Below, piece by piece: positions 1 through 10,339 of a DNA stretch of 39,183 bases (position 1 is its first letter; each line of letters opens with the position of its first letter). This DNA comes from Candidatus Micrarchaeota archaeon (GTDB taxonomy: Archaea > Micrarchaeota > Micrarchaeia > Anstonellales > J096). Made by a program: the position numbers and the translations under genes. Where the stretch lies: positions 1-39,183 of the forward strand of contig JALVSQ010000021.1 in NCBI GenBank assembly GCA_027024255.1. The letters are read 5' to 3'. The notes beneath the pieces are model-generated. The model saw nothing but the letters and a program-made list of their open reading frames with translations. It did not search any database and was not told where the DNA came from.

Positions 1-1323
1 GTTCTGCTCAAACCATTCACTAAGACTTTCTTTGTAAAGAGAGTAGCTCCTCAACCAGTTTATAGCAGGGAAGTGTCTTCTCTGAGCTAAGGATGCATCT
101 AAGGCAAGGAAAACCTTTGTTACTCTTAATGTGTTTTGAGAAACAGGTTCTGATAGATCACCACCTGGCGGGGAAACAGCACCTATAACACTGACGCTCC
201 CATCTTTACCTGAGAATGTTTTTACTCTTCCTGCTCTTTCGTAAAATTCTGCAATCTTTCTTGCTAAGTAAGCAGGGTAACCCTCTTCACCAGGCATTTC
301 CTCAAGTCTTCCTCCTATTTCTCTTAATGCCTCAGCCCATCTACTTGTGGAGTCAGCCATCAAAGCCACACTGTAACCCATATCTCTATAATATTCAGCT
401 AATGTAATGCCTGTGTAAATGCTCGCCTCTCTTGCAGCAACAGGCATGTTTGATGTATTTGCAATTAAAACAGTTCTTTCCATCAAAGGCTTTCCTGTTC
501 TTGGGTCCTCTAAATGAGGGAATTCTGTTAGTACTTCTGTCATCTCATTACCTCTTTCTCCGCAACCAATGTAAACAACGATGTCTGCATCGCTCCATTT
601 AGCTAAGCTTTGCTGCGTAACTGTTTTTCCTGAACCAAAAGGCCCGGGTATTGCTGCTGTTCCTCCTTTTGCAATAGGGAAGAATGTGTCTATAACTCTC
701 ATGCCTGTTACAAGGGGTAATGAAGGCGGATACTTCTCAACATAAGGCCTGGGTTTTCTCACGAACCATTTTTGATAGAGCTTTAACCCTTTCTTTTTTC
801 CCTCAACTTCAATCTCTCCAATAACATCTTCAACAGTGTACTTCCCGCTTTTTATATCAAGTATCTTTCCTGTGTAAGGAGATAAGACTTTATGCTCCAC
901 AACTTCAGTTTCTTTAACAACACCTATTACCTGTCCATATTCCACTCTTTGCCCTTTCTTAACCTTTGCTTCAAATTCCCACTTCTTTTTTCTGTCTAAT
1001 GCCTCTGCTTTAACACCTCTTGGAATAAAAACACTTTTACTTTTGTCTGCTATGACCTTCAAAGGTCTTTGAATTCCATCGTATATGTTCTTTAATATAC
1101 CAGGCCCGAGCTCAACAGCTAATGGCATACCTGTTGATTCTACTTTTTCACCTGGCTTTAAACCACTTGTGTCTTCGTAAACCTGAATGACAATATTATT
1201 GCCGCTTATCTTAATCACTTCACCTATTAGCTCCTCTTCACCTACTTTAACAACATCATACATCTTTGCTTTCAAGTCCCTTGCAACAACAACAGGTCCA
1301 GAAATCCTGTAAAGATAACCCAT
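1..1323 (-). CDS. atpA: A-type ATP synthase subunit A (3' end runs off window)
   Basis: Not in the ORF track; translated by hand from ATG at 1323: [14 protein letters not shown]...[13 protein letters not shown]...Walker [19 protein letters not shown]...[19 protein letters not shown] upstream; no intein after Walker A. Confidence 0.97.
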   Translation of the reverse strand, partial: MGYLYRISGPVVVARDLKAKMYDVVKVGEEELIGEVIKISGNNIVIQVYEDTSGLKPGEKVESTGMPLAVELGPGILKNIYDGIQRPLKVIADKSKSVFIPRGVKAEALDRKKKWEFEAKVKKGQRVEYGQVIGVVKETEVVEHKVLSPYTGKILDIKSGKYTVEDVIGEIEVEGKKKGLKLYQKWFVRKPRPYVEKYPPSLPLVTGMRVIDTFFPIAKGGTAAIPGPFGSGKTVTQQSLAKWSDADIVVYIGCGERGNEMTEVLTEFPHLEDPRTGKPLMERTVLIANTSNMPVAAREASIYTGITLAEYYRDMGYSVALMADSTSRWAEALREIGGRLEEMPGEEGYPAYLARKIAEFYERAGRVKTFSGKDGSVSVIGAVSPPGGDLSEPVSQNTLRVTKVFLALDASLAQRRHFPAINWLRSYSLYKESLSEWFEQN

Positions 1324-1332
1324 ATTATCACC

Positions 1333-1644
1333 TCATTTTTTTAATTCAAACCCTAATGCTCTTTTTATCAATACATCTATACTTTCTCCAACAACTTCCT
1401 TTCCTTTAACATTAACAGGAACAACAACAGGTACTGCTCTGTTTTCAATCTCCTTCTTTAGCTTCCAGTTTATACTGCTTAAAAACTCATCCTCAGCAAG
1501 TATAATACCTACTTCTTGATTATTCAGCAATTCTTCGAGCTTTTCCTCAAACTCTGAGGTAGAGGTAACAGTAACAACATCTTCAAGTCCTGCAATCTTA
1601 AAGCCTGTTGAGAATAGCCGTGTACCTATTGCCACAATTTTCAC
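1333..1644 (-). CDS. atpF: A-type ATP synthase subunit F
   Basis: MKIVAIG...GFKIAGL and C-terminal IKRALGFEL; 103 aa; operon position. Confidence 0.93.
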   Translation of the reverse strand: MKIVAIGTRLFSTGFKIAGLEDVVTVTSTSEFEEKLEELLNNQEVGIILAEDEFLSSINWKLKKEIENRAVPVVVPVNVKGKEVVGESIDVLIKRALGFELKK

Positions 1645-2636
1645 AGCAACAACACCTCCACATCCTTTTTAGATATGTTTAGTTCCTTTGCAACTCCTAT
1701 TCTGTGCAGGTTTGTTACTTCATACTCAAGCAGTAGCAGGAACAAAGTTGCTTTATCCAATCGCATTATGGTTAAAGGCATTAACTTTCTTGCCCTGTCT
1801 GCAATTAATTTATATGCTCTCTGCTCTACACTGAATAATGATTCCCCTTCCTTTACATCAAGCATTTTAAACCACTTTTTCTTAATTTGCTCTGTATTTA
1901 AACCAAACATGCTAGCATCAAATTTCATGTTTCTTTCATTTGCTCTTTCAGCTGTGATGAGGGCCTTTACCTCAACTATACCCTTTAATATTGAGGCAGT
2001 GAGCTTAAAACTACCCCCAGCTTTTGATAACTCTATTAAATTAGAAAGCATCAAATAATCCATCAGCATTGAGAAGTATGCTGTTCTGTTTCCTGTTTTC
2101 ATCAATTCCAGTAAAACATTTCTGAATCCTTCTGGAATATCTGAGAGCCTTAATTCAGTTATGACCCTTCCTACTGGGTGGAGTCTTAAACATTTTATCA
2201 TATCTTTTTCCTTAAACATTCTCTTATAAGTGCTTAATGAAACACTTCCTTCTATAATATAAGGCTCAACCTCATCAAAATTCTCGTGTTTTTTTGACAT
2301 AAATGCCTTCAAGCTTAGAATATCCCATCTCGATATAAACTTGTCATAAATGCCTAAATCTGATTTAGGAATTGATTTTCTTATCAGCCTTATTAACATG
2401 GATAACCTTTTGGCAGCACTTATATCAATTAACTCCACACCTGAGTAATAAGGCACATAAGCGTCAATATACCTTTTGTAAGGAGTTTTTGTTAGCAAAT
2501 CAATTAAACCATCAACTGTTGAAACATTTGAAGCTTCGTTGTAAAAAGAAGGAGCAAGAAGCTTTGCCTTTAATGCTGAAACCTTTGCATTCATATAGCC
2601 ATAAGATAGAGGATAAAAAATGTTCAGGTTTATCAC
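1641..2636 (-). CDS. atpC: A-type ATP synthase subunit C (divergent)
   Basis: YGYMNAKVSALKAKLL N-terminus and EYEVTNLHRI C-terminus; lies between E and F. Confidence 0.88.
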   Translation of the reverse strand: MINLNIFYPLSYGYMNAKVSALKAKLLAPSFYNEASNVSTVDGLIDLLTKTPYKRYIDAYVPYYSGVELIDISAAKRLSMLIRLIRKSIPKSDLGIYDKFISRWDILSLKAFMSKKHENFDEVEPYIIEGSVSLSTYKRMFKEKDMIKCLRLHPVGRVITELRLSDIPEGFRNVLLELMKTGNRTAYFSMLMDYLMLSNLIELSKAGGSFKLTASILKGIVEVKALITAERANERNMKFDASMFGLNTEQIKKKWFKMLDVKEGESLFSVEQRAYKLIADRARKLMPLTIMRLDKATLFLLLLEYEVTNLHRIGVAKELNISKKDVEVLLL

Positions 2637-3172
2637 CTCAACTCTTTCTCATATACTATTCTCCTTATTTCATCTCTGTAGAGGTCAATCATATCCTCGA
2701 CTGTGTAACTATAAACTACCTTTCCATCTTTGCTTTCAACTACAAAACCAGCCACTGAATCTAAGTCCTTCTTTACTTTAAATCCCTTTATATCAATACT
2801 TGAATCTTTCGGTAGCCTTATTACTATATCCCCAGCTTCCTTCTTTATTTCACTGGCAACCTTTTTGATGAGCTCTGCAAACTCCTTTGTATTTGCTTTT
2901 TTCTTAAATACTTTTATCACATCTTCTATGGCCTTTTCAACTACCTTTTCGAATGCCCTTGCCTTTATCCTCTTTGCTTCAAGTTTTGCCCATGCGATTC
3001 TTTCATTACCTATCTCCTCTGCTTCTTTCCTTGCCTTTTCCTCTGCTTCCTTAAGCCTTTTTTCCCAGTACTTTTTTCTTTCATTGATTATTTTGTTTGC
3101 TTCTTTTTTAGCCTCGCTTACAATAGCCTCTGCTCTCTTCTTTGCATCGCTGATTATCGCTTCCTTAAACAT
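2633..3172 (-). CDS. atpE: A-type ATP synthase subunit E
   Basis: N-terminal E/K/A coiled coil, C-terminal GFVVESKDGKV; operon position. Confidence 0.88.
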   Translation of the reverse strand: MFKEAIISDAKKRAEAIVSEAKKEANKIINERKKYWEKRLKEAEEKARKEAEEIGNERIAWAKLEAKRIKARAFEKVVEKAIEDVIKVFKKKANTKEFAELIKKVASEIKKEAGDIVIRLPKDSSIDIKGFKVKKDLDSVAGFVVESKDGKVVYSYTVEDMIDLYRDEIRRIVYEKELR

Positions 3173-3182
3173 TTACATCACT

Positions 3183-3449
3183 TCAATGGCCAGGGCTTAT
3201 CTGACCTACCAGGAAGTATGCTATAATAAACCCGAGTATAGCCAGTGTTTCTGGTATAGCAATCCATATAATCACATTTCCTGCAATCTCTGGTTTTTCA
3301 CTAACCGCTCCCATGGCTGAAGAACCTATGCTGGACTGGCTCCAGGCTGTTGCCAGTGCAGAGATGGCCATTGTTACCGCTGCACTTAAAGCCACAACAC
3401 CCGGTGATTCCAGAATGGGTCCTGCAATTCCACTAATTGGTTCTGCCAT
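3183..3449 (-). CDS. atpK: A-type ATP synthase subunit K (c proteolipid), single hairpin
   Basis: Two hydrophobic helices, GAVSEKPE loop, IPET ion-binding Glu. Start moved to ATG 3449 because GGAGGTGA RBS precedes it. Confidence 0.95.
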   Translation of the reverse strand: MAEPISGIAGPILESPGVVALSAAVTMAISALATAWSQSSIGSSAMGAVSEKPEIAGNVIIWIAIPETLAILGFIIAYFLVGQISPGH

Positions 3450-3450
3450 A

Positions 3451-5292
3451 TTATTCACCTCCTAGCATAAATGGTTTATATTCTTTTCCTCCACCTGAAA
3501 AGAACTTACTGCCAAATTCAACAAGGTTAAGCCTGCCGCCATGAATCAAACTTTCAAACATGGCGAGCAGGGCATTTGAGAAGTGGAGGAATATTAAAAC
3601 AGGTAGCATGATTAATCCACCTATATTTGTTGGTGCAAAGAATTCATTTATCATCTCTGCAATAACAACACCTACAACACCAACAGCTGCAATTCTTGCA
3701 TAGCTGAATATATTGCCTAATACACCCGGAATTTCAAATAATCCTGCAACTTTTTCAATAGCAACCATAACCAGAGCTGATATTACTGTTATGTAAAGAG
3801 CTATGTTTGCAATGCTTTCAGGTACTACATTGAAGAGGAGTCCGCTTACTGCAACTGCTCCTCCTAAGATTAAAGGAATCCAGGCAAGTTTTCCTAAGGC
3901 ATGCAACTTTGAATGTTTCCATTCTCTTATTGCTCCAAGCAAAAATCCAAGGCAGAGATGAGCAATGCCTACAATTACAGTTGCAAGAATCAACAATGTG
4001 ATTTGATGCATTCTGTGAATCAAGGGATGGTAAAGAGGTTCAAAGCTTAGTCCTGCAAACTTACCTATGATGTTAAGCCAGTAAGCATGGCTTGCACCCA
4101 TCCATTCATCAAAGAGCAAGCCCCAGAATATACCTCCTATTGTGCCTACTTTCCATATATCTGTGAATCCCTTAATGTATGGATGCTTTATTTTCTTTTG
4201 TAAGTAGTCTGCAAATGCAAAGGCCATTAAAGAATACACAACATCTCCTATTATCATTCCATAAAGGAAAGGAACTGTAAAAAGATAGATTATGGAAGGG
4301 TCAAGCTCGTCCCCTCTTGGCAACGATGTGAATTTAACAAGAAATTCAAAAGGCTTAACAAAGGATGGATTCTTAAGCAATGTTGGAGGAACCTCATGCG
4401 TGTGGAGTTCCTCTACATAAACATCCTCATTGAATTCTTTCAACCTGCTCTTGAATTCATCGAGTTTTTTCCTTGGCAACCAGCCCTCAACAACCGTGAA
4501 AAATGAAGACCTGCCGAACTTTGCAATGACTCTTTCTCTCTCAGCATAAACAGATAACGAGAAATACAGGTCACCAATCCTTTCTTTATACTTCTCTTTT
4601 ATCTCCTCCAATTTTTTGCTTAGTTCATTTAGCCTTTTCTCAATTTCTTTTATTCTTTCAAGGAGCTCTTTTTCAGCTTCTTTAAGTGGTTTTTGAGGAG
4701 CATAAATGGGTTCAACATCATAGTTTGAATAAATCTTGGAGAGGTTTCCCTTCAAAGCAACTATGAATACGAACTTATCTTCTAATTTCTTATAATCTAC
4801 AACAACATGCTCATATGAGAGCAGGATTTCCTCTTCGATGTTCTTTGCATCCTTTTCGCTGACTTTGAATGCCTCTATTCTCCAGTTTTCAGGCACTTTC
4901 TCATAACTCAATCCAAGTTTTTTGAGCAACCTTATATCTTCAAGTTTTCCTTTCAATTCGCTTAACTCTTCTCTTAATCTTATAGTCTCTTTGTTTATGC
5001 TCTCAACTTCATCGGGCAGGCTTTTTATTTCATCAAATAGCTTTATAGCTTCCTCAAGTGATAAAAGTTTACCCCTCTTTTTTATACCAAATGTTTTTGC
5101 AAGTATTCTGACTTTGTTGAGCATTCCAGCCACTCTATCATACATCTCTCCTGGCACTCCTTTTAGTAGATTTTCTTCATTCACTTCTTCTACATGCAAC
5201 AATCCAAGTTCATGGAGTTTCTTAACGAAAGACTTCAATTTGGATGAGACTGCATATATCCTTACTTTAACCATTTCCTCAGGTCTAAACAT
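3451..5292 (-). CDS. atpI: A-type ATP synthase subunit I (a)
   Basis: MFRPEEMVKV, PPTLLKNP, GMIIGD, SYARIAA, RLNLVEF motifs. Confidence 0.96.
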   Translation of the reverse strand: MFRPEEMVKVRIYAVSSKLKSFVKKLHELGLLHVEEVNEENLLKGVPGEMYDRVAGMLNKVRILAKTFGIKKRGKLLSLEEAIKLFDEIKSLPDEVESINKETIRLREELSELKGKLEDIRLLKKLGLSYEKVPENWRIEAFKVSEKDAKNIEEEILLSYEHVVVDYKKLEDKFVFIVALKGNLSKIYSNYDVEPIYAPQKPLKEAEKELLERIKEIEKRLNELSKKLEEIKEKYKERIGDLYFSLSVYAERERVIAKFGRSSFFTVVEGWLPRKKLDEFKSRLKEFNEDVYVEELHTHEVPPTLLKNPSFVKPFEFLVKFTSLPRGDELDPSIIYLFTVPFLYGMIIGDVVYSLMAFAFADYLQKKIKHPYIKGFTDIWKVGTIGGIFWGLLFDEWMGASHAYWLNIIGKFAGLSFEPLYHPLIHRMHQITLLILATVIVGIAHLCLGFLLGAIREWKHSKLHALGKLAWIPLILGGAVAVSGLLFNVVPESIANIALYITVISALVMVAIEKVAGLFEIPGVLGNIFSYARIAAVGVVGVVIAEMINEFFAPTNIGGLIMLPVLIFLHFSNALLAMFESLIHGGRLNLVEFGSKFFSGGGKEYKPFMLGGE

Positions 5293-5293
5293 G

Positions 5294-5623
5294 TTAAACC
5301 CTCATGTTTGAAAGTAAAAAGTCCACGATTTCATTTACTGTGGTTTTGTTAATGGCCTTATTCTCAATCTTTTTACTCTCTTTCTCAGCCTCTTTTATAA
5401 TCTCTTTTACTTTTCCTTCAATCTTTTTCATGTGGCTTTTTATTATTTCTTCCCTTCTTTTTGCCACCTTTTCCTTCATTTCTTCATCCATTCTTTCAAT
5501 TGATTTTTTAGATGATTCTCTTATTTTTTCAGCCTCTTTCTCAGCCTTCCCAATAATTTCTTTGGCCTTCTCCTCTGCCCTGAACAATTCATCCATTTTT
5601 TCATTGAAAGATTTGGTATGCAT
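5294..5623 (-). CDS. atpH: A-type ATP synthase subunit H (peripheral stalk)
   Basis: About 100 aa E/K coiled coil directly upstream of atpI; true start may be ATG 5596. Confidence 0.8.
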   Translation of the reverse strand: MHTKSFNEKMDELFRAEEKAKEIIGKAEKEAEKIRESSKKSIERMDEEMKEKVAKRREEIIKSHMKKIEGKVKEIIKEAEKESKKIENKAINKTTVNEIVDFLLSNMRV

Positions 5624-5677
5624 GCAGGCTTATTAATTGAGAGTTGTATTTATAAATCTTTCCTCTCTTATGGCCTT

Positions 5678-6781
5678 ATGACCAGTTCCCCCAAGTTAAA
5701 GACATTTTTAGTTAGAGAGGAAAAGAAGAGATTAAAATTAGGAGATGTAAAAGAGGAAACACAACCCTTTATCCCTATAAAACAAAGATTGTTGAATGAT
5801 GAGGAGGCAAGGGTTGTTATCTCTCTTGTGACTAATAAAAAAATTGGTGTTGATATTAGCGAGGAGGAGCTTAACTTGTTTATGAATCAATACTTTGCTA
5901 ATCCCACTTCTTTCTTTAAGGAAGTTGAGATAAGTATTTTGCCTGTTCAAAGGAGGGAGTTTGCGTGGCACTCAACTGCTTCCCAGAGGCTCAGACTTAA
6001 ACTCAGGAAAAAGGCAAAGGAAGTTGTTGAGACAATCTCATCTGCTTCTCAGGTTCTTCTGGATGGTTTTAAAGTATTGGCAGATGATACGTTCAGGCCT
6101 GTTTTAAAGCAGGATGAATTCGATGATATGGAGATTTATGTTGAAAGAAAGCCAAAGAAAAGAAATGGAGAAAGGAGCGGCATCTCTGCCTTTAATTACA
6201 GAGTGCATTACAATGATTCCGTTTACAGAGTTGCAGGCTTTGTTGAGGTTAAGAACGAGAAGAGGAAAGAAGAGCACAAGGTTGCTGATATGCTGGCAGA
6301 TGAACTGATAGAGTTAATTATTAAGAATATCCCGAGCTACAATGAGAAGGTCCTTGGTGATGCTCTGAATGAATTTGTCAGCAGGTGGAATATCAGGATA
6401 AGACAGGAATTTAACAGTGTTGCTGGCTTTGCCCTTTTAGTCGTTTCAGATGGAGCTGTTCTTTACAGTGCAGGAAATGTCGAGGTAGGTTATGTTGAAG
6501 GAAGGGCCTTTAAGAGCCTTTTTAAGTCCGAAACTCCGATGATAGGGGAGATGGTTCAAGCAGTTAAGTCAAGAGGTAGAATCATCTATATAGATAATCC
6601 TGTCAGAGTTCAGGTTAAAACAATTCCTTTACTCCCTCTTTATGTATTGTTGAGTAAGGGTCTGGTGTCAAGGCTAAAAGACAACACAAAGGTTAATCCA
6701 AAAAACATTGCAAAAAGTTTGGTTAAAAAGGCAAGGAAGCTTGCTCCATTCAGGGATGATATTTGCTGTATAGTTGGTTAA
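5678..6781 (+). CDS. Hypothetical protein with degenerate PP2C/PPM-like C-terminal domain
   Basis: SAGNVEVG, VLLSKGL and terminal RDDICCIV resemble PP2C motifs NVGDSR, LCSDGL and DNITVIV. Start ATG 5678 chosen from TTTATAAA box ~25 bp upstream. Confidence 0.6.
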   Translation: MTSSPKLKTFLVREEKKRLKLGDVKEETQPFIPIKQRLLNDEEARVVISLVTNKKIGVDISEEELNLFMNQYFANPTSFFKEVEISILPVQRREFAWHSTASQRLRLKLRKKAKEVVETISSASQVLLDGFKVLADDTFRPVLKQDEFDDMEIYVERKPKKRNGERSGISAFNYRVHYNDSVYRVAGFVEVKNEKRKEEHKVADMLADELIELIIKNIPSYNEKVLGDALNEFVSRWNIRIRQEFNSVAGFALLVVSDGAVLYSAGNVEVGYVEGRAFKSLFKSETPMIGEMVQAVKSRGRIIYIDNPVRVQVKTIPLLPLYVLLSKGLVSRLKDNTKVNPKNIAKSLVKKARKLAPFRDDICCIVG

Positions 6782-7149
6782 AATATACTCTTGTGAGGTT
6801 CAGAAGGCAGGTCGTACTTTAGCCTGTAAGACTCAACAACTATGCTTGCCTTTTTTATGGCTTTCTTCTTGTCTTCGTAAAGCTCAACTCCACCATTTTT
6901 TATAAACCAATCTATGTACAGGCCAAAATCGGCTAAATTTTTACTTCCATCTTCAACCATTTTTTGCATGATAATGGCAATTAATTCAAGTCCTTCATCA
7001 TCAGTTCCCCAGATGCTTAATGCCAATGCAACCTGATTTGTAAAGTGCTCCTTATCCTCCTCACTCATCGTTTTCCATATCCTGACCATCTCCCTCTTTA
7101 TTTCATTGGGCACCTTTGAAAAAGGACCTTTTTTTATTTTCCTTCTCAT
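6778..7149 (-). CDS. Hypothetical protein
   Basis: 123 aa ORF with protein-like composition; 4-bp overlap with upstream ORF. Confidence 0.75.
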   Translation of the reverse strand: MRRKIKKGPFSKVPNEIKREMVRIWKTMSEEDKEHFTNQVALALSIWGTDDEGLELIAIIMQKMVEDGSKNLADFGLYIDWFIKNGGVELYEDKKKAIKKASIVVESYRLKYDLPSEPHKSIF

Positions 7150-7499
7150 GCTAACTTCCCCCTCCTCTGCGGCCAGTAGTCCAGTTTTTTAAACTTTCCT
7201 TCCTCAAGAATTTTACTTAATTGCCCTGCAAATTCCCGGGCCTTTTCTTTTTGGTAACCGCTGTATCCTCTTTCCTTTGGTACATTCTCTTTAATCTTCA
7301 GAATAACTCCCCCCAAATAATATTCCAGACCCTCTTTCTTAAGCTTCTTGGTGCTTTCTTTTACCTTTTCTTCAATCACCTTAATTCCATTATCAATATT
7401 ATTTTTTTCCTTCGTTTTACCACCTTCTCCTTCCAATAATTTAGCTATTTTTTCTTTCAATTTTTTTATTTTAACAGCCTCCTTTACCATTTCAGCCAC
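7146..7499 (-). CDS. Hypothetical K/E-rich protein
   Basis: 117 aa ORF, GTG start, TTTAAAAA box ~25 bp upstream. Confidence 0.7.
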   Translation of the reverse strand: MAEMVKEAVKIKKLKEKIAKLLEGEGGKTKEKNNIDNGIKVIEEKVKESTKKLKKEGLEYYLGGVILKIKENVPKERGYSGYQKEKAREFAGQLSKILEEGKFKKLDYWPQRRGKLA

Positions 7500-7559
7500 C
7501 TTATTTATTTTACATTGAAGTGTTTTTAAAGAATTATGGTGTTTGAAAGCCTGCTGGAG

Positions 7560-7589
7560 TGTCAGGTAATTCCTTAAAAGAATTTTTCA
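7560..7589. repeat. Dispersed palindromic intergenic element, copy A
   Basis: TGTCAGGTAATTCCTTAAAAGAATTTTTCA matches the reverse complement of 33068-33097 at 28/30. Confidence 0.75.
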
Positions 7590-7623
7590 AGTTTATTAGC
7601 CCCCTATCTCTAACAATTACCAA

Positions 7624-8859
7624 TTACCTGAACAGCATATGTACAGCAAATTTGAGTAACTCAAGAGAGTAAATAGCTATAATAATCTTGAATAATGTGA
7701 ACCTGGCAACATCATCTTTTCTAAGCTCTTCTTTGATTATCTCTTTGTGCTTTAATGCCCATCCAATAAGTGTTTTGCTATCCAGTTTTGGTTTTATTTT
7801 CTTCAACGATCGTCTTGCAGCCTTACTCACAGAAGGCCATTCATGAAATATGTAAAGTACGAGTAATCTCGCTATAGACTTTAAGGCTGTTTTATTCCTG
7901 TTTAATTCATCTTTACTTAAATCAACCAGTAACTCCCCTATCTTTGTTGCAGCTTCTTTTTTAGTATCTTTATCACTATATAAAGTCAACGCATTTAATA
8001 TTTCGAGCAAAGCTTCACAAATATCAGGGTCTTTCCTGTCAATATTTCTCATAATTAGGTCAACCCCCATCATTACTACTGGCTTGGGATACCAGAAAAA
8101 CCAGGCTGACTGAGCCCTTTCTTTTATACTTTCTATTACTTTTTTATCTCCTAAAGCCAGCAAACTCAAAGAAGAGAGAAATCTAACTTCAACCATGGAA
8201 CTGCTTTCTAGTAATTCTATTTTCTTCTTAAATTTAGTGAGTTTTAGCATTCCTATTGCTATTATAGCCCCGGGTCTGAGCTCAAAAAGATTGTTTCGGG
8301 CAGTTTTTTCAATTACTTTTTCAACCTCTCCTGGATTGTTGAAAGCCCATTCAAAAAGGTCTTTATAGTTAAGTTTAAGTTTAATTTTTTCCCATGCTTT
8401 CCCGGCACTTTCCTTAATTTCTTTAACTTCATCTAATGTTAAAATAAACAATGCTGCGAGCAACTTTCGGGACTCTTTATTTTCCAGTTCTTCTTTGCTT
8501 AACCTGCTTAAGACCTCTCCTATTAACTCTGTTGATGCTCTTCTTATGTTAACATCCCAGCTGAATGCCTTTTCAATCAATACCTGAGAACTAACTTTTA
8601 TGGCAACATCTTCTCCAAAACTCCTTTCAATTTCGTTAAATAATTCTAGATTAAAAATTACTCTCTCATCATTTAAATTAAACATATCAATAACTTTCTT
8701 ACTGATATTACTTCTCCATTCATCGAGCTGAGAAGGAGCTATTGTTTCAACAAGCTCTCTTGAAGGGATTCCTTTATTAAACAGGTTTTTAACTACTTCC
8801 TTTTCCCTTTTTATCGCATTTTTAATGAGTTTTTCCTTCATTGGCAATAGCTTTTTCAT
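7624..8859 (-). CDS. HEAT/ARM-repeat-like protein, distant paralog of 31552..32979
   Basis: N-terminal KGIPSRELVETIAPSQ and EIERSFGEDV match paralog KGIPDEKLVRLIAPSQ and EIKERFGEEV; degenerate helical repeats. Confidence 0.72.
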   Translation of the reverse strand: MKKLLPMKEKLIKNAIKREKEVVKNLFNKGIPSRELVETIAPSQLDEWRSNISKKVIDMFNLNDERVIFNLELFNEIERSFGEDVAIKVSSQVLIEKAFSWDVNIRRASTELIGEVLSRLSKEELENKESRKLLAALFILTLDEVKEIKESAGKAWEKIKLKLNYKDLFEWAFNNPGEVEKVIEKTARNNLFELRPGAIIAIGMLKLTKFKKKIELLESSSMVEVRFLSSLSLLALGDKKVIESIKERAQSAWFFWYPKPVVMMGVDLIMRNIDRKDPDICEALLEILNALTLYSDKDTKKEAATKIGELLVDLSKDELNRNKTALKSIARLLVLYIFHEWPSVSKAARRSLKKIKPKLDSKTLIGWALKHKEIIKEELRKDDVARFTLFKIIIAIYSLELLKFAVHMLFR

Positions 8860-8896
8860 GTGTTGTAATTTATGATTAGAAGGGTTTTTAAGACTT

Positions 8897-10168
8897 CTAT
8901 TCTCTGCTGAATAATGACCACTTCCACACAGGCTTTACAGTTATTCTTTTCCCCTGCATTTCTACTTCATCTTCCTGGTCATAAGTTAAGATCAAACCTT
9001 CATCTAAGTTAAAGTAATCCATAGCCTCCAACAGACCCTTTATTTCTCTGTCCTTATTTTGCCTGCTCAACTCATAAGTCACCTGAACTGCTTTTGTAAC
9101 GCGCTGAGAGCCATGTTCCTTTACAATAAAGTCGCATTCTCTACCTGCTTTATAGAAGTTCAGGTCGTCACCATATCTCCTCAATAATTCAATTAAAACT
9201 AGATTTTCAAGTAGATGGCCTTTATTCAGTTTGTCTGGTTGTACAAAGTACTTTATGTAAGCATTATCTATTATATATATTTTCTTTGGACTCCTCAAAG
9301 ACTTCTTTGGAGAGTGTGAGAACGGTTCTAATGAGAACAATAAGAAACTCTGCTCACCGTAAAACACATACTTTTTAACAGTGTGTATATCTATTTTTTG
9401 CTGGATAGCATTCATAATGCTGTTGTATGTGTATGTTCTACCTGCATTTCTTATAAGATAAATTAACACCTCTTTCAGAAGAGGAATGTTTTTTACATGC
9501 CATCTGGCAGCAATATCTTTGTAAACTATGTCCTCAAAGTAAGTGCTTATATAAGCTGTGGTGTTTGATTTGACAAGCTCAGGAAAACCTCCATTTATCA
9601 GAAAATTGCTGAATTCTTTTTTTATTTTCCCTTTAATATCAAATCTATAAGCTTTTTTGAAGTCTATCTTTTTATAGGTAAGGTACTCTTTGAAGGAGAA
9701 AGGATATAAAGTGAAGTCAGTATGCCTTCCTGTTAAGTATGTGGTTATCTCTTTACTCAATAATGTTGAGTTTGAGCCTGTGATTATTACCTTATAACCC
9801 ATTTTTATCAATCTATTCAGGAACATATTCCAGTTGGGTTTATTCTGGACTTCATCAAATAAGATAAGCTCAAAATCAGAGCCATCCATGCTGAATACTT
9901 CAAGAATTAAGTCGTATTGGTCTGGCTTGAGATAAACCAGCCGTTCATCGCTGAAATCAAGGTACCTGAACCTGTGGTTTTGAGCAATCTGTCTGAGAAC
10001 GGTACTTTTTCCCACTCTTCTGTGACCGGTAATTACGCAGATTTTTTGCAAAGGACTTTTTAACTCATTTTCTATTTTTTTGTTTATCTCTCTTGTTACT
10101 CCATGTTCCTGTTTAATGAAAAAATCCCTTTGTTCCAGGTATATGTGCCTTAACTCATTAATCTGCAT
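8897..10168 (-). CDS. COG1373-type AAA_14 ATPase with DUF4143 C-terminal domain
   Basis: Walker A GHRRVGKST, LFDEVQ, ITGSNS, LTGR, GGFPE, PKKIYIID, LLENLV, ECDFIV..AVQV. Start ATG 10168 follows TTTATAAA. Confidence 0.9.
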   Translation of the reverse strand: MQINELRHIYLEQRDFFIKQEHGVTREINKKIENELKSPLQKICVITGHRRVGKSTVLRQIAQNHRFRYLDFSDERLVYLKPDQYDLILEVFSMDGSDFELILFDEVQNKPNWNMFLNRLIKMGYKVIITGSNSTLLSKEITTYLTGRHTDFTLYPFSFKEYLTYKKIDFKKAYRFDIKGKIKKEFSNFLINGGFPELVKSNTTAYISTYFEDIVYKDIAARWHVKNIPLLKEVLIYLIRNAGRTYTYNSIMNAIQQKIDIHTVKKYVFYGEQSFLLFSLEPFSHSPKKSLRSPKKIYIIDNAYIKYFVQPDKLNKGHLLENLVLIELLRRYGDDLNFYKAGRECDFIVKEHGSQRVTKAVQVTYELSRQNKDREIKGLLEAMDYFNLDEGLILTYDQEDEVEMQGKRITVKPVWKWSLFSRE

Positions 10169-10211
10169 AAATAATATTGTGCCTTTAATCTTTATAAACC
10201 TATTACTTTTA

Positions 10212-10295
10212 TGAAGTCCAAGCACATAAAAAATGCCTTATATTTGAAGTACATGCACATAAAAAAGAGCTTTTATATGGAATTTGCACACAAAC
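10212..10295. repeat. Degenerate tandem repeat (GCACA cores at 10222, 10255, 10286) between ATPase and gatD
   Basis: TGAAGTCCAAGCACATAAAAAATGCCTTATATT vs TGAAGTACATGCACATAAAAAAGAGCTTTTATAT, then partial GCACACAAA. Confidence 0.8.
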
Positions 10296-10339
10296 ACTTT
10301 CATCAAAGCCTTTTAAATATTACCGGGCAGGATTTAAGC

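Noticed and set aside
1-1323. Intein in atpA
   Set aside because: Sequence is continuous through GSGKTVTQQ and GCGERGNE in the visible part.
216-5636. Plus-strand ORFs over the ATP synthase operon, and similar short antisense ORFs elsewhere
   Set aside because: They lie opposite well-supported genes and show no motifs.
10211-10339. N-terminal extensions of gatD and of the opposite ATPase in the ORF track
   Set aside because: They run through the intergenic repeat and TATA boxes; recognisable protein starts at ATG 10340 and ATG 10168.
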